From contig JAFRZM010000053.1 in assembly GCA_017442585.1 (NCBI GenBank), positions 27,012-91,011 on the forward strand: a DNA stretch of 64,000 nt, written 5' to 3'. The DNA is from Lachnospiraceae bacterium. Its GTDB lineage: Bacteria > Bacillota > Clostridia > Lachnospirales > Lachnospiraceae. The notes below the pieces were generated by a model. That model searched no databases, was not told the origin of the DNA, and saw only the letters and a program-made list of their open reading frames with translations. Positions 48,264-57,175 of this stretch are shown one piece after another (position 1 is the stretch's first letter; each line of letters starts with the position of its first letter). The position numbers and the translations under genes are program-made.

Positions 48264-48956
48264 ATGAATAGCGTAACGTGGTTTTTCCCGACGTATATCG
48301 CATGTCTTATAGTATTACTCATAGATGTGCATATCGATAAAAAAAGAAATTATTATGTGCCGATAAAAACCTTCGTAAGTGCGATGTTTGTATTTGGCTG
48401 CATATATTTTATGTATTTTGCAGAGAAGATGGAGCACGCGCATTACTTCATGCTTGCGGCGATAGCGTTTTGCATGACGGGTGATGTGCTTCTCGGCTTT
48501 TATCAAAAAAAGTGGAAGAAGAGATTCTTACTTTCCGGAATGATATCCTTTGGATTGGCGCATATGTTGCTTTTAACATATCTTTATATGGGCGATTCGA
48601 AGTTTTCGATTGCGCAGATTATAGTGCCGGTAGTTTTATTCGGTGTAACGATAGGGTTAATTAAAGGCTTTGACCTTAAAACCGGAAGGATGCTTATACC
48701 GACGCTTATTTATTCCGTTCTTGTAACATCCTTTATGACAAAGTCTATAATGATGCTTGTCATGAATAATCCCCTCGCAAAGGCTAATCTTATAATGGCA
48801 CTTGGCGGAATACTGTTTTTCGTTTCGGACTTTATCCTGCTATTCCTTTATTTCGGTCATATAAGAAACAGGAAATCTAAGGGTGCATGCCATATATTGA
48901 ATCTTGCATCCTATTATTTGGCTGTACTTTTGATAGTTTCAACGACACTTTTATAG
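48264..48956 (+). CDS. YhhN-family (lysoplasmalogenase-like) membrane protein
   Basis: Multi-TM; K..S, GDVLL, FGLAH, FFVSD, YY motifs. Confidence 0.8.
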   Translation: MNSVTWFFPTYIACLIVLLIDVHIDKKRNYYVPIKTFVSAMFVFGCIYFMYFAEKMEHAHYFMLAAIAFCMTGDVLLGFYQKKWKKRFLLSGMISFGLAHMLLLTYLYMGDSKFSIAQIIVPVVLFGVTIGLIKGFDLKTGRMLIPTLIYSVLVTSFMTKSIMMLVMNNPLAKANLIMALGGILFFVSDFILLFLYFGHIRNRKSKGACHILNLASYYLAVLLIVSTTLL

Positions 48957-48970
48957 GTGATATTCAAAGT

Positions 48971-48999
48971 TTGCCTGAGGTCGTTTTTTATGATATACT
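48971..48999 (+). promoter_or_regulatory. Sigma-A promoter of buk
   Basis: TTGCCT, 17 bp, TATACT with an extended TG. Confidence 0.65.
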
Positions 49000-49041
49000 T
49001 TAGCGGGGTAAAACTACTTACTTATAAAAGGAGAAGTTAAT

Positions 49042-50100
49042 ATGAAGATATTGGTTATTAATCCGGGTGCTACAAGCACTAAGATTGCGGTTTACGAAGA
49101 TGAGAAGCAAATCTTTAAGACAGGCATCGATCACAGCATCGAAGAATTAAAGCCTTTTGCAAAGATTGTAGATCAGTTTGAATTTCGTAGAGATCTTGTT
49201 TTAAATACATTAAAAGAAAACGGATTTGAAATGAAAGACTTCGCAGCAGTTTGCGGACGCGGAGGACTTTTAAAGCATATTCCGTCAGGTACATATGAAG
49301 TTAACGATGCAATGATTCGTGATATCGAAGATCCGCCATACGGTGAGCATGCAGCAAATCTCGGTGCGATTATTTCAAAGTCACTTGCAGATTCTGTAGG
49401 AATTAAGGCATATATCGTAGACCCTGTATGTGTTGATGAGATGACAGACATCGCACGTATCAGCGGTTTTGAAGGAATGGAGCGTCAGAGTTTCTTCCAT
49501 GCTTTAAATCAGAAGGGTATGGCTCGTCGTGCAGCAGAAAAGCTCGGTAAGCCTTACGAAGAATTAAACTTAATAGTTGTACATATGGGCGGAGGCGTAT
49601 CTGTTGCAGCACATCAGAAGGGCCGCGTTATCGACGTATATAACGTAAAAGACGAAGGCTCATTCTCACTTGACCGTGGCGGTTCACTTCCTACAAACGC
49701 GATTATTAACGTATGCTTCTCAGGTAAGACAAAGGCAGAAGTTAAGAAGATGTTTGGTTCCGAAGCAGGTGTTTATTCATACCTTGGAACAAAGGACTTT
49801 AAGGAAATCTGCGACAAGGCACTTGTTCAGCATGATGAGAAGTTCTTACTCATCTACAAGGCACTTGCTTATCAGCATGCAAAAGATATCGGCGCTATGG
49901 CAGCCGTTTTACATATGGATGTAGATGCCATCGTATTAACAGGCGGTATGGCATTCTCTGAAGAGTTTGACGAAGAAATCAAGAGCTACTGCGGCAAGAT
50001 TGCTCCGTTTATAATACTTCCGGGCGAAGCTGAAATGGATTCACTTGCTCTTGGAGCGTTAAGAGTTTTAAGAGGCGAGAAGCCGGGATTATATGAATAA
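49042..50100 (+). CDS. buk: Butyrate (short/branched-chain carboxylate) kinase
   Basis: ILVINPGATSTKIAVY, GRGG, HAANLG, HALNQK, HMGGGVSV, ILPGE.E. Confidence 0.93.
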   Translation: MKILVINPGATSTKIAVYEDEKQIFKTGIDHSIEELKPFAKIVDQFEFRRDLVLNTLKENGFEMKDFAAVCGRGGLLKHIPSGTYEVNDAMIRDIEDPPYGEHAANLGAIISKSLADSVGIKAYIVDPVCVDEMTDIARISGFEGMERQSFFHALNQKGMARRAAEKLGKPYEELNLIVVHMGGGVSVAAHQKGRVIDVYNVKDEGSFSLDRGGSLPTNAIINVCFSGKTKAEVKKMFGSEAGVYSYLGTKDFKEICDKALVQHDEKFLLIYKALAYQHAKDIGAMAAVLHMDVDAIVLTGGMAFSEEFDEEIKSYCGKIAPFIILPGEAEMDSLALGALRVLRGEKPGLYE

Positions 50101-50138
50101 TCGTTCGGAATCCGCTTTTTCCTAAAGGAGGCGTGTAG

Positions 50139-50807
50139 ATGCCAACTGAATATAATATTGCGGAACTTGTTCAAAAGCTCGGCAACAACAAAGAGATTTT
50201 TGAATCCGCAAAAGAATTTCAGGATATGATGATGCGTTACGAATGCGCAGCGATGGAGATTGAAACGAAGATTAAAATTTTAAACGAAGAATTCTCCCTT
50301 CGTACGCAGCGTAACCCGATAGAATCAATTAAATCAAGAATCAAGTCACCTGCCTCGATATACGAGAAGATGTCAAGAAAGGGATATGACATGACAATAG
50401 AAGCGATGGAGCAGCATTTAAGTGATATCGCGGGCGTAAGAGTCATATGCTCGTTCCCGGAAGACATCTACGCCGTTGCAAGACTTATAACGGAGCAGGA
50501 CGATATTATAATCTTAGAAATTAAGGATTATATCGCAAAGCCTAAAGAAAACGGCTACAGATCATTACATTTAATCGTTGCGGTTCCAATATTCCTTGCG
50601 AACGAAAAGCGCAATATGAAGGTTGAAATCCAGTTTAGAACAATCGCGATGGACTTCTGGGCAAGCCTTGAGCACAAGGTTAAGTATAAGAAGAACGTCG
50701 AGAATCCTGAAGAAATAGCCCGAGAATTAAAAGAATGTGCGGATATCATTACATCGGTAGACTACCGAATGCAGGAGATAGAGCACAAGACATCGGTTAT
50801 TGAATAA
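50139..50807 (+). CDS. Small alarmone synthetase ((p)ppGpp synthetase, RelP/RelQ-like)
   Basis: RIKS, DIAGVR, GYRSLH, EIQFRT, FWASLEH. Confidence 0.93.
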   Translation: MPTEYNIAELVQKLGNNKEIFESAKEFQDMMMRYECAAMEIETKIKILNEEFSLRTQRNPIESIKSRIKSPASIYEKMSRKGYDMTIEAMEQHLSDIAGVRVICSFPEDIYAVARLITEQDDIIILEIKDYIAKPKENGYRSLHLIVAVPIFLANEKRNMKVEIQFRTIAMDFWASLEHKVKYKKNVENPEEIARELKECADIITSVDYRMQEIEHKTSVIE

Positions 50808-50811
50808 TTTT

Positions 50812-50840
50812 AAGCCCCGCCTTTAAAACGCGGGGCTTTT
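50812..50840 (+). terminator. Terminator after the alarmone synthetase
   Basis: AAGCCCCGC/GCGGGGCTT stem followed by Ts. Confidence 0.8.
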
Positions 50841-50861
50841 GAAACCAAAGGAGTGTGTATC

Positions 50862-51743
50862 ATGAAGAATAAGACGACCAAATTTTTAATTAACCTTCTA
50901 TTGATCACGATCGGCACGGTAATATATTCGTTTTCAATTGCCATGTTCCTTGACCCATATAATATGGCGCCCGGTGGCGTTACTGGTCTTGGTATGATCT
51001 TGGCGCATTTTACACATCTTAAGACCGGTACTGCAATCTACATGTTACAGATACCGATTATGATTTTCGGTCTTATCAAATTCGGCTGGAAAATAATGGG
51101 ATTGACGCTTTACGTTACAACCCTTTCATCTGCGATAATGAATGGTATTACGACGTATATTTTGCCTGTAACAGGCGTTCCTACAGACGGAGACATGATT
51201 ATGTCGGCACTTGTCGGCGGAGCACTTCTTGGTACAGGTATGGCACTTATTTTTAAAAACGGCGCAACTACAGGCGGTATCGACGTAATCGTTAAGGCAT
51301 TGAGGCAAAAGTTCCCATATTTAAAGACCGGCAGCATGTTCCTTATGTGTGACTCGTTTATAATCTTTTTATCGATGCTCGCATTCGGAAACGTTAAGGT
51401 TGGTTTATATGCGATAATCGCAATCGTAACAAATAATACAATCCTCGACTTCTTCCTTTACAAGAACGATGGAGCAAAGCTTTTATATGTTATTACAGAC
51501 AAGGCAGAAGCGGTTGCAGACCGTGTAATGAAGGAAGTTGATATAGGCGTAACCTTTATCGAAGGCGAAGGCGCATACACAGGCGAAAAGAAAAAGATTG
51601 TAATGATTGTTGCAAAACCTGTTGTATATCCGAAGATTCGCGTTATCGTGCGAGAAGAAGACAAGAATGCATTCTTCATCGTAACCGGTGCATCCGATGT
51701 ATTCGGATACGGATATAAAGATCATTTTATGCAGGAATTATAA
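50862..51743 (+). CDS. YitT-family membrane protein
   Basis: APGGVTG, GATTGGIDV, C-terminal DUF2179-like D.NAF. Confidence 0.88.
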   Translation: MKNKTTKFLINLLLITIGTVIYSFSIAMFLDPYNMAPGGVTGLGMILAHFTHLKTGTAIYMLQIPIMIFGLIKFGWKIMGLTLYVTTLSSAIMNGITTYILPVTGVPTDGDMIMSALVGGALLGTGMALIFKNGATTGGIDVIVKALRQKFPYLKTGSMFLMCDSFIIFLSMLAFGNVKVGLYAIIAIVTNNTILDFFLYKNDGAKLLYVITDKAEAVADRVMKEVDIGVTFIEGEGAYTGEKKKIVMIVAKPVVYPKIRVIVREEDKNAFFIVTGASDVFGYGYKDHFMQEL

Positions 51744-51758
51744 AACTTAAAAACAAAG

Positions 51759-51791
51759 AAACCCGAAGTCGGTTGTGCCGATTTCGGGTTT
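51759..51791. terminator. Likely bidirectional terminator
   Basis: AAACCCGAAGTCGG/CCGATTTCGGGTTT between convergent genes. Confidence 0.8.
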
Positions 51792-51796
51792 TTATC

Positions 51797-52531
51797 TTAT
51801 ATCCATCCACCGTCAAAGCTTATAACGGAACCTGTAAGATAAGTAGGGCCTGTTGCAACGTTATATGCCATTTCAGCAACCTCTGAAGGCGAAGCGAATC
51901 TTCCGACAGGAATCTCGTACTGAAGAGCGTCGCGCTCCTCTTGACTTAAGTTACCATTCATCTTGGTATCTATACATCCCAATGCCAAAGCGTTTACACG
52001 GATGTTACTTGGTGCAAGCTCCTTTGCGAGCGCTTTCGTGTAAGCGTTTACACCACCCTTAGATGCGGAGTAAGCCACTTCACACGATGCACCGACAACT
52101 CCCCACATGGAAGATATGTTAAGAATGACACCGCTTTTGTCGTGAAGCATCGACGGTAAAATTTCTTTTACCGTTAAAAACATTGATGTAAGATTTGTAT
52201 CTATAACGTGGCGCCAGTCTTCGTAAGACATATCTGATATAAGACCGATGTATGAGATTCCGGCGTTATTTATTAGAACATCTATCGTGCCGAACTTTTC
52301 CCTGCCGACATTTATAAGAGATGCGACAAATTCGGGGTCACTAATGTCACCGACTGCGGCCCAGACATTGTCACTTTTTTTTGTGAGGTTTTTAATCTCA
52401 TCGCAAAGCGAGTTTAAGCTTTCTATATTCTTACCTGTGGTAAGAATTAAATTGTAGCCGGAAAGGGCAAATTTTAATGCAATTGCACGTCCGATTCCAC
52501 CGGCCGCACCTGTGATACATACAGTTTTCAC
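51797..52531 (-). CDS. SDR oxidoreductase (FabG/YmfI-like)
   Basis: TGAAGGIG, NNAG, NISS, YSASK; GTG start. Confidence 0.92.
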   Translation of the reverse strand: MKTVCITGAAGGIGRAIALKFALSGYNLILTTGKNIESLNSLCDEIKNLTKKSDNVWAAVGDISDPEFVASLINVGREKFGTIDVLINNAGISYIGLISDMSYEDWRHVIDTNLTSMFLTVKEILPSMLHDKSGVILNISSMWGVVGASCEVAYSASKGGVNAYTKALAKELAPSNIRVNALALGCIDTKMNGNLSQEERDALQYEIPVGRFASPSEVAEMAYNVATGPTYLTGSVISFDGGWI

Positions 52532-52686
52532 TTGATAACACCGCCTTTCTAACTTTCTTATAACTCTATTTTAGTACAATTTTTCCTAAACGTATATAGG
52601 TAACTGCGTGTAAATACGCGATTCTTGGGGAAATTTTTGTGAAAGTGAGATAAAGATGTCTTAATCGTGAATTCTTTTCGCCTTTA

Positions 52687-52715
52687 TTTACAGATAATTC
52701 CTAAGATGATATAAT
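52687..52715 (+). promoter_or_regulatory. Sigma-A promoter of hpf
   Basis: TTTACA, 17 bp, TATAAT with an extended TG. Confidence 0.75.
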
Positions 52716-52749
52716 CGTATTACCACATTAGATAAAGGGGGTCCTTAGC

Positions 52750-53283
52750 ATGAGAATAACAATCACAGGCAAGAACATAGACGTAACAGACGGATTAAGA
52801 AGTGCTGTAGAAGACAAACTCAACAAGCTGGACAAGTACTTCAACAAGGAGACGGATGCTTCGGTTACTTTATCTGTAGACAAGCTTAGACAGAAAATTG
52901 AAGTAACAATCCCTGTAAAGGGCAATATTATAAGAGCAGAGCAGGTAAGCTCCGATATGTACGCATCTATCGATATGGTAGAAGAGATTATCGAGCGCCA
53001 GCTTAATCGCTACAGAAAGAAATTCATCGCTAAAAAGCACGGCGAAGACGAATTCAATTCAGATTTCTTCAAGGACACAAATGAGCCGGATGAAGAAGTA
53101 ATCAAGATCGAGCGTGAGAAGCATTTCGGTATGAAGCCGATGTATCCTGAAGATGCATGCCTTCAGATGGAGCTTTTGGGACATAACTTCTTCATGTTCC
53201 TTAATGCAGAGACCGAAGAGGTTAACGTAGTTTACAAGCGTAAAGGCAACACATACGGACTTATCGAACCGGAATTCAAATAA
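52750..53283 (+). CDS. hpf: Long-form ribosome hibernation promoting factor
   Basis: ITGKNIDVT, DMYASID, KPM..E.A.LQMELLGHNFF, VVYKRK.G.YGLIEP. Confidence 0.96.
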   Translation: MRITITGKNIDVTDGLRSAVEDKLNKLDKYFNKETDASVTLSVDKLRQKIEVTIPVKGNIIRAEQVSSDMYASIDMVEEIIERQLNRYRKKFIAKKHGEDEFNSDFFKDTNEPDEEVIKIEREKHFGMKPMYPEDACLQMELLGHNFFMFLNAETEEVNVVYKRKGNTYGLIEPEFK

Positions 53284-53295
53284 GAATTTTAAAAG

Positions 53296-53329
53296 AGCCG
53301 AGGGCGTTATGTCCTCGGCTTTTCTTTTT
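53296..53329 (+). terminator. Terminator after hpf
   Basis: AGCCGAGG/CCTCGGCT stem followed by Ts. Confidence 0.8.
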
Positions 53330-53374
53330 GAGGCAAAAGTTAGAAGGGGTAGAATAAGAAAGGCGTTAGGTTTT

Positions 53375-54265
53375 ATGAAGATAGCATTAATCGTTATAGC
53401 AGTAATAATTGTACTTATAATCTTGGGCGCGGTAGGATTTTATATATTCATAACACATCCGAAGCTCGTAAGCCATGAAGAGGCGCGTAAAATTGAAGAC
53501 AGTAAAGACTTTACGGTCGGATATGATGACTGGGAAAAGCAGGAATTAAACCTTACCATGTCCGACGGGTACGTACTTCACGGCGTATACATACCTTACG
53601 AAGGTAGCAATAAGTATGTCATTATAACTCACGGCTATACGTACAACTATGAGGGAAGCATAAAGTATGCACAAGTATTCCGCGCATTGGGCTATAACAT
53701 ATATATGTATGACATAAGACATCACGGTTACAATAAGAAGATGTATTGCTCGATGGGCAGAAACGAGAGCCGTGATGTGGTTGAAGTATATAATCATTTC
53801 AGGCAAAAGTTCGGATCAGAAGTGGAAATCGGACTTCACGGAGAAAGCCTTGGCGCAGCATCTACGATAATGGCGTTAAAGGATATAAAAGATGCAAATT
53901 TCGTTGTCGCAGATTGCGGATTCAGTGACTTTAAGAGCTTGGCACAGTATCTTGCGTCATCCTGGATGCATCTGCCAAAGTGGTTCTTTACGTTTCCGGT
54001 AATCGTGTGCGTAATCTTGCATCAGTTCCGTTTAGATAAGATACGCCCAATCGATTCATTAGCCGTAAACACGACAACCCCGTGCCTATTTATCCACGGC
54101 GAAGACGATACCTTTATTCCTAAAACCCACGCCGAAGCCTTCTTTGCAGCATGTAAATCCAAGAAGCAACTCGTGTTATTCCCTAAGGCCAACCACGCTG
54201 AAAGTTATGTTTCTGATCGTAAACGATATAAGGATATTGTTGAACAGTTTTTGAGTGAACTATAG
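53375..54265 (+). CDS. Membrane-anchored alpha/beta hydrolase
   Basis: N-terminal TM, HG, nucleophile GESLG, HGEDD, HAES; ATG 53375. Confidence 0.9.
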   Translation: MKIALIVIAVIIVLIILGAVGFYIFITHPKLVSHEEARKIEDSKDFTVGYDDWEKQELNLTMSDGYVLHGVYIPYEGSNKYVIITHGYTYNYEGSIKYAQVFRALGYNIYMYDIRHHGYNKKMYCSMGRNESRDVVEVYNHFRQKFGSEVEIGLHGESLGAASTIMALKDIKDANFVVADCGFSDFKSLAQYLASSWMHLPKWFFTFPVIVCVILHQFRLDKIRPIDSLAVNTTTPCLFIHGEDDTFIPKTHAEAFFAACKSKKQLVLFPKANHAESYVSDRKRYKDIVEQFLSEL

Positions 54266-54271
54266 TAATAT

Positions 54272-54460
54272 GAAAAATCCAAGTATAAAAGTTCTCGTGA
54301 CTGCGGGATTTCTGCTTCTCGCGCTCCACCCTATAGAGACGTCTCCGGCGGAACTTGCTGCTTCGCAGCTTCGGACATCGCCTCCAACGTCTCGGCTCTG
54401 CACTCGAAGTGGCGAAATCTTCCGCAAGTGTCACTCGATTCTTTTATACTTGGATTTTTC
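54272..54460. repeat. ~189-bp rod-like palindromic element (element 2)
   Basis: Perfect 20-bp terminal inverted repeat GAAAAATCCAAGTATAAAAG; nested stems; apical GCTGC-ttc-GCAGC (GCGAAGC on the minus strand, 54360-54366). Confidence 0.85.
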
Positions 54461-54471
54461 CGTAGACTACA

Positions 54472-54603
54472 GAATCGGCGAAAATAATGCAGATGAGCGG
54501 CAATTTGGAACGTCGTTACTTGGCGAGCAGTTATGCGAGCTTAGTAACGCGACGTTACAAGATTGAGTGCGAACGTCCGCGAACTGCATTGTTTCGTCGA
54601 TTC
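54472..54603. repeat. ~132-bp palindromic element (element 3), 11 bp from element 2
   Basis: GAATCGGCGAAA/TTTCGTCGATTC ends; AATGCAG/CTGCATT, AACGTCG/CGACGTT and GTTACT/AGTAAC stems. Confidence 0.75.
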
Positions 54604-54610
54604 GTGATAT

Positions 54611-54639
54611 TTGAAAATACTTATAAATAGTGATACAAT
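54611..54639 (+). promoter_or_regulatory. Sigma-A promoter of the MATE gene
   Basis: TTGAAA, 17 bp, TACAAT with an extended TG; the ORF track's TTG start at 54611 is probably this -35. Confidence 0.65.
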
Positions 54640-54676
54640 AATCTGGTTACGGGATTGGATATTTAGGGAGAAACAT

Positions 54677-56065
54677 ATGGATATATCTAAAGTTAACGGC
54701 AAGCGTGCCATGATAGTGTTAATCGCGACTCTTGCCTGGCCGACTATATTAGAACAACTCTTGCAAACAATAGTTGTTTACGCAGATACCGCAATGGTAG
54801 GCGCACTCGGTAAAGAAGCATCCGCCGCGGTAGGCTTAATTACACCCGTTACCTGGCTCACAAACGCCCCGGCCTTTTCCTTAGGCATCGGAGTTATGGC
54901 ATTTATAGCAAGGAAGAACGGCGCAGGAGACTACAAAGATTTAAAGAAAGCATCAGTTCAGGGCATATACTTAAGTATTATAGTAGGTCTTATCATAGGA
55001 ATCGTCATGATGGGATTAAGCTCTAACCTTCCGTACTGGATGGGTGGCGAAGGCAATGTCGCAAGAGATGCGGGTAAGTATCTTTTAATAACCGGAGCAG
55101 GCTTTTTATTTAGATCTCTAGACATGGTAATAGGATGTACCATAAGAGGAGTCGGAGATACAAGAACACCGATGATAGTAAACCTTTTAATGAACATAGT
55201 TAACATCATCGGCAACTTTTTCTTTATATATGAGACAAGATACATTACAATCGGCACTATTTCTTTTAAAGTGTTCGGTGCAGGATACGGCGTTGCGGGA
55301 GCAGCCTTAGGAACTACGGTTTCGGCGCTTTTCGGCGGTATCGTAATGCTTATCGTACTTTGGAAGAATGATAAGCTTTCGCCTCACGGAGAATCAAAAA
55401 GAGTCGACCGTCACATAATGTATCAGTGTGTAAGAGTCGGCGTGCCGCTTGCGTTACAGCGTATCGTTGTATTTACGGGATACGTGGTATTCGTGGCAGA
55501 AGTTGCAGACCTTGGAACAGTGCTTCTTGCAGCACACTCAATCGCGATAACCGCGGAAGAAATGGTCTACATACCGGGATTCGGCATGCAGGATGCGGGA
55601 GCTACACTTATCGGTAACGCGATGGGTGCGGGTGATGAGAAGAAGTTGGACAGACTTTCGAAGATGCTCATACTTATTACTGTCGGCATAATGACAATAA
55701 CGGGAGGCCTTTTATTTGCGTTCCCGGGACAGGTAATGAGTATCTTTACAAAGGATGCCGAAGTTATAAGAAACGGTATCGTAGTTTTAAGAATGGTTGC
55801 GGTATCAGAGCCGATATACGGTGCACTTATAATGATGGAAGGTATCTTTAACGGAGTAGGTAACACCAAGACTACATTTATCGTAGGCGTTACCACGATG
55901 TGGATAGTGCGCGTCCTTATGACGTACATTTGTATACATGTATTCCACCTGGGCCTTGTTGCCGTATGGTCGTGCATGATAGCAGAAAATGTCACAAAGG
56001 CTACGATTATCGGAATCCTTTATTTAAAGGGTGTATGGAAGAAAGGCGCTGTTAGATACAGTTAA
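54677..56065 (+). CDS. MATE-family efflux transporter
   Basis: About 12 TMs, LAWP..LEQ, DTAMVG.LG, RGVGDTRTP, GVAGAA; AGGGAG SD before ATG 54677. Confidence 0.92.
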   Translation: MDISKVNGKRAMIVLIATLAWPTILEQLLQTIVVYADTAMVGALGKEASAAVGLITPVTWLTNAPAFSLGIGVMAFIARKNGAGDYKDLKKASVQGIYLSIIVGLIIGIVMMGLSSNLPYWMGGEGNVARDAGKYLLITGAGFLFRSLDMVIGCTIRGVGDTRTPMIVNLLMNIVNIIGNFFFIYETRYITIGTISFKVFGAGYGVAGAALGTTVSALFGGIVMLIVLWKNDKLSPHGESKRVDRHIMYQCVRVGVPLALQRIVVFTGYVVFVAEVADLGTVLLAAHSIAITAEEMVYIPGFGMQDAGATLIGNAMGAGDEKKLDRLSKMLILITVGIMTITGGLLFAFPGQVMSIFTKDAEVIRNGIVVLRMVAVSEPIYGALIMMEGIFNGVGNTKTTFIVGVTTMWIVRVLMTYICIHVFHLGLVAVWSCMIAENVTKATIIGILYLKGVWKKGAVRYS

Positions 56066-56114
56066 GAATAATTAGCTTTTTCCTAAAGAAAAGCGTGGGG
56101 AAAGGATAGAATAT

Positions 56115-57164
56115 ATGAATATAGTAGTTGTAGCAGGCGGATTAAGTACAGAACGCGACGTATCACTCGTGTCGGGACGTGGAATCCGTGATGCATTAAG
56201 AAGAAAAGGGCATAACGTAGTTTTGGTCGATCTCTTTTTCGGATTCGGAAAAGAAGGAGACGATATATCAAAGGTTTTCGATAACCCTGAGGCGTTAGAT
56301 CAGCATATAAGCGCGATTCCGACAGACGCACCTGATCTTGAAAAGGTAAAAGCGATGCGTGAAGATAAGTCGGATGCACTTTTCGGACCTAATGTAATCA
56401 AGATTTGCCAGATGGCGGATATCGTATTTATCGGACTTCACGGAGCGTCCGGTGAAGACGGAAGAGTACAGGCAACATTCGACCTTCTCGGAATTAAGTA
56501 CACGGGAACAGACCACTTAAGTGCAGGAATCGCGATGGATAAGGAAATTACAAAAGAGTTCTTTACACGTGCGGGAATCCCTGTACCGAAGGGCGTAGTT
56601 GCGGAAAAAGGAAAGAAGTATCTTAACTTTAAAGAAACGGGACTTACAATACCTGTTATCGTTAAGCCTTGCTGTGGAGGATCGTCGGTCGGCACAAATA
56701 TTGTTAAAGACGAAAAAGATTATGAGGCAGCGTTAAACGAAGCCTTTAAGTACGAAGATCGTGCAATGGTCGAGGAATTCATAAAGAGTAGAGAGTTTTC
56801 TGTAGGAGTTATTGAGGGCAAAGCATATCCGGTAATAGAGATTGCGCCTAAGGAAGGCTTCTACGATTACAAGAATAAATATAAAGCAGGATCTGCGGTT
56901 GAAACATGCCCTGCAGATATCCCTGATGATATCGCAAAGAAGATGCAGGAATACGCAGAGAAAGCTTTTGAATGTTTAAGATATAAGACTTATGCGAGAA
57001 TGGACTTCCTTCTTTCAGAGGATGGACGCATGGTATGCCTTGAAGCCAATACGCTTCCGGGAATGACACCGACATCACTCCTTCCTCAAGAAGCTGCAGT
57101 CTTAGGCATGGGTTACGATGAATTATGCGAGTATATTATTAAGATATCACTTGCGAAGTATTAG
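56115..57164 (+). CDS. ddl: D-alanine--D-alanine ligase
   Basis: GGLSTERDVS, LHG..GEDG, GSSVG, FYDYKNKY, LEANTLPG. Confidence 0.95.
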   Translation: MNIVVVAGGLSTERDVSLVSGRGIRDALRRKGHNVVLVDLFFGFGKEGDDISKVFDNPEALDQHISAIPTDAPDLEKVKAMREDKSDALFGPNVIKICQMADIVFIGLHGASGEDGRVQATFDLLGIKYTGTDHLSAGIAMDKEITKEFFTRAGIPVPKGVVAEKGKKYLNFKETGLTIPVIVKPCCGGSSVGTNIVKDEKDYEAALNEAFKYEDRAMVEEFIKSREFSVGVIEGKAYPVIEIAPKEGFYDYKNKYKAGSAVETCPADIPDDIAKKMQEYAEKAFECLRYKTYARMDFLLSEDGRMVCLEANTLPGMTPTSLLPQEAAVLGMGYDELCEYIIKISLAKY

Positions 57165-57175
57165 ATAGGAAGATT

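Noticed and set aside
50139-50807. Toxic small alarmone synthetase (toxSAS)
   Set aside because: Housekeeping-type motifs, core-gene context, and no adjacent antitoxin-like gene.
52532-52749. raiA-motif RNA upstream of hpf
   Set aside because: The region is AT-rich, explained by divergent promoters, and shows no multi-stem structure I could recognise; cmscan would settle it.
54183-54566. ORFs 54183..54434 (-) and 54255..54566 (+)
   Set aside because: They overlap palindromic elements 2 and 3 and the hydrolase end; the open frames are explained by GC-rich repeats.
56115-57164. Possible vancomycin-resistance (D-Ala-D-Lac/Ser) ligase
   Set aside because: It retains the D-Ala-D-Ala-type FYDY..KY loop and GSS motif, sits next to murF, and has no vanH/vanX/vanRS neighbours.
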